Positions 61,418 to 64,000 of a stretch of DNA of 64,000 nt are shown piece by piece. The position numbers were made by a program, and so were the translations under genes. Numbering within the stretch: the first letter of the stretch is position 1; every line of letters starts with the position of its first letter. This DNA comes from Moniliella sp. 'wahieum' (taxonomy: Eukaryota): the NCBI GenBank assembly GCA_003971905.1, contig RSEE01000100.1:1-64000 (forward strand). The letters run 5' to 3'. The notes under the pieces were generated by a model. The model saw only the letters and a program-made list of their open reading frames with translations, was not told the origin of the DNA and ran no database searches.

Positions 61418-64000
61418 ATGCATCCTGAGGCCTCTGGCGGTGTGAATCAGTCGCTACTCCCGCCCGAGGGCTGGCAGGACAGGCAACGGCAAGCCCGCGT
61501 CGTTTCCATCTCCTCGCCGACGGGGCTCGTCGGCCGCGGCCATCGCTCTTCTCCATCATCCTCCGCACCCACCTCCCCATGGCCTCCCTTGGCCAGGCCA
61601 GCACCAGCCGCAGCCGGAGCGCAAGCACCACCACCAACACCAGCACCAGCGCCCCCCCCGCCGGCCCCACCCCCGCCCCTAGTGGACCAGCCACTCCTGA
61701 GCCAGGGAACGCGCGGGTGTGCGCTGGCTGCCACCGCCAGTTGGCCGAGGGCGAGCGGGAGTTGATTTCGTTTGCGAATGCGCTGTGCATGGCGAGTGTC
61801 TCAAGTGTGGGCGGTGTGCTGCCTCGCTCGCCCACGCGGGCGACGAGGCGCTGGTCTTGAGCAACGGCCAGCCACTGTGTGCGGGCTGTGTGTGTGCGTG
61901 CCAAATCTGTCACCAGGCCATCACCGACGAGGAGGCAATCATGGCCGGCAACGATTCCTACCACGCCGCCTGCTTTGTCTGCCGCTCATGCCATCAGCCC
62001 ATCACCGCCCTGGTTTTTTGCCAAAGCGTCCAGTGGCATCTACTGCATGCCTTGCCACGAAGAGCGCGTAGCCAATCACAATCGCCAACGCGCTGCGCGC
62101 AAGCGTCAGCAACAACAACAACAACAACAACTGCAGCAGCAGCAGCAGCAGCAACACAACAACAACAAAATCGCCGGCCACACCAGCAGCAGCAGCAGCA
62201 GCAGCCTCAGCCAGCCCCCGCGGCCAAGAGCGGCGCAGGTCGAGCAACGATGCAATCTCCGAACCGATGATGGGGCAGCAGCCCATACGCTCAACTGGAT
62301 CGGATACCTCCCCCTCTGATGCCGCATCTTTCCCCGCGGCCACCCATCATTACACACCCTCTTTTGAAACCAACCCGGGTCCCTTACCGCCACGCCGAGA
62401 GGAGACAACCCTCCATTGGTTCGAGCTCCTCTCTCGTGTCCAAGTCCCGCCGCCCGTCCCAGCCGGCGTCCAACCCTGCTCCCATACCTCCATCTGCCTC
62501 CCCTCCCCTGACCCCTCCATTCCGTGCGACGAGATCCACGTTCTTCTCCCTCCTTTCTCCAGGAGCTGGATGCCGGCGAGACCCCGCTCGCCAGCCGGGC
62601 GCGTCTTGACCCGGTCGAGGATCCGAGCATCCGATCCATGTCCAGCACCGATGACCTTTCTCGGCCTTCGACTTCGACCCAGACGCGCGGCCCGGCCTCG
62701 GGTCAAGAAAGTCCGTTTACCGGCTGGCTATTCCCTGACTCGGGATCGCCTACCAGCGCGCTATTTGACCCGTCCGTGTCGACAAGGAAAGTACCACCAC
62801 CTCTATCTCCTCTGCCCCGCCGGCCGCACTTTCCTCTACAACGAATCTCAGCTTGGGGGGAAATCTAACTGGACAAGGGTACTTTCTTCGTTCCCACTCG
62901 CCTCCAGTGAACCCAAGTCAGCTCCCGCGCGCACCCGGACACAACATCGTCCAACCTGGACGAAGGATCCTCCGACTTAGAGCCCGAGCCTGCGTTTCTC
63001 TCTGGACAGGACCCCCGATCGGTCTTGCGCTCCGTACTGGCTTCTTCGGAGGGGGGGCTCGTTTCTCTCTCTGCAGAGATGGCCACGCGGATGCTGGCAC
63101 TGCTCCCCTCGCACTCGGGACGGGAGCGGGCGGGTTCCGTGTCGATGGAGGAAGAGGTCGTGTCGCTGCGTGCCGGTACACGGTTGAAGTACCAGCGTTC
63201 CAAAGAGCATATTCAAGAAACGTCATCGCGACTGGTACCGCACGTACGAATCCAATGCCCATGCCCAGCTGCGCGAGTTGGAAACGGTTGGCTCGACTGA
63301 AGAGTTCTTGCGAGCTCAAGGCGTCCGAGCTGGCAGAGCTAATGGCACGAGAGGAAAAGGAAAAGCCCAGGGGCACGACCCCGCCCCTCCTCCGGTCGAA
63401 CTGGAACGCAACTTGTCTCGTCGGCTCGAACGTGTCTCCTCCAGCTTCCGCACCGAACTCGATTCGCTTTTAGAGCAGCGTGATGCGATGTTAATTGAGG
63501 TGGAGGAGCTGGTTCAGAGCAAGGCTCTCTCCAAAAGGAGAAGGAGGAATTGTCCTTGTCCATTTCTGCTTTGCACAAAGAGAGGGAAGGGAGCAGCATG
63601 CACTGGAACAGGCCAAGCTCGCCTGGCAACGCATGCGGTCCCTCCCTGACCCACCAGTAGGAGAAGCACCTTCACCATCTTTGCCATCTCCAGCCCCTTC
63701 TCCTGATCCGTCCCTGCATGAAGGAGGCAAGATGTTCCGTTGGATGCGAGGCACGGGCCACCGGGCCAGCACCCTCGTTTTCCCTCCACCCCAGCGGCCG
63801 GCCATGTCGCATTCCCCCTCCTCTCCCTTTCTTCAGCACGACTTGGGATGCACCGCCTCAACCGCTCTTCCACCTCTCTCTCAATTGGAGGGGGACTCTA
63901 CTCGCAAGTGGGCGGATCGACTCCCAACCTATTTGCTTCGCATCCCAATGAGTCTGGTGGGGACCTGTCCTTGGTGCCCACCCAGTCCCACGAGCGCAGT
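61418..64000 (+). CDS. LIM-domain Rho GTPase-activating protein (Rga1/Rga2-like), 5' part only; frameshifted
   Basis: Two LIM domains (CAGC...HGECLKCGRC...LCAGC; CQIC...YHAACFVCRSC...FAKASSGIYCMPCHEER), polyQ at about 62107-62166, coiled coil ELERNLSRRLERVSSSFRTELDSLLEQRDAMLIEVEEL. The GAP domain is not in the window. Confidence 0.75.

Overview
Eukaryotic, GC-rich, intron-poor fungal DNA. Introns follow GTRHGT...CTRAC...YAG; a basidiomycete, possibly smut-like, origin is my inference. Conserved genes are split by many 1-4 nt indels, most simply read as uncorrected long-read errors, so gene ends are approximate. Recognisable genes in order: membrane-anchored GH79 glycosidase (-), nrc-2/Kin82/Fpk1-type AGC kinase (+), GPI-type protein with 11-aa repeats (+), LtrA-family membrane protein (+), NAPE-PLD/Fmp30-type metallo-beta-lactamase (+), Vps54 with a long repetitive tail (-), Ypq-type PQ-loop transporter (+), MnSOD (+), intron-containing tRNA-Arg(ACG) (-), cytochrome b5-like MAPR protein (+), complex I 49-kDa subunit (-), a putative FAR1/AFT/WRKY-like zinc-finger protein (-), and a LIM-domain Rga-type RhoGAP (+, runs off the window). 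An accessory-looking block at about 5.7-20.4 kb holds a ~7 kb orphan repeat-protein gene. Three of its repeat copies carry apparently optional introns, and a decayed inverted paralog lies nearby. The most unusual signal is non-coding: intergenic DNA across the window is patched with 7-bp-period arrays of the form (4-mer + TNA)n, usually palindromic, whose 4-mer changes from patch to patch. These could be accumulated transposon excision footprints or an undescribed regulatory or chromatin code.
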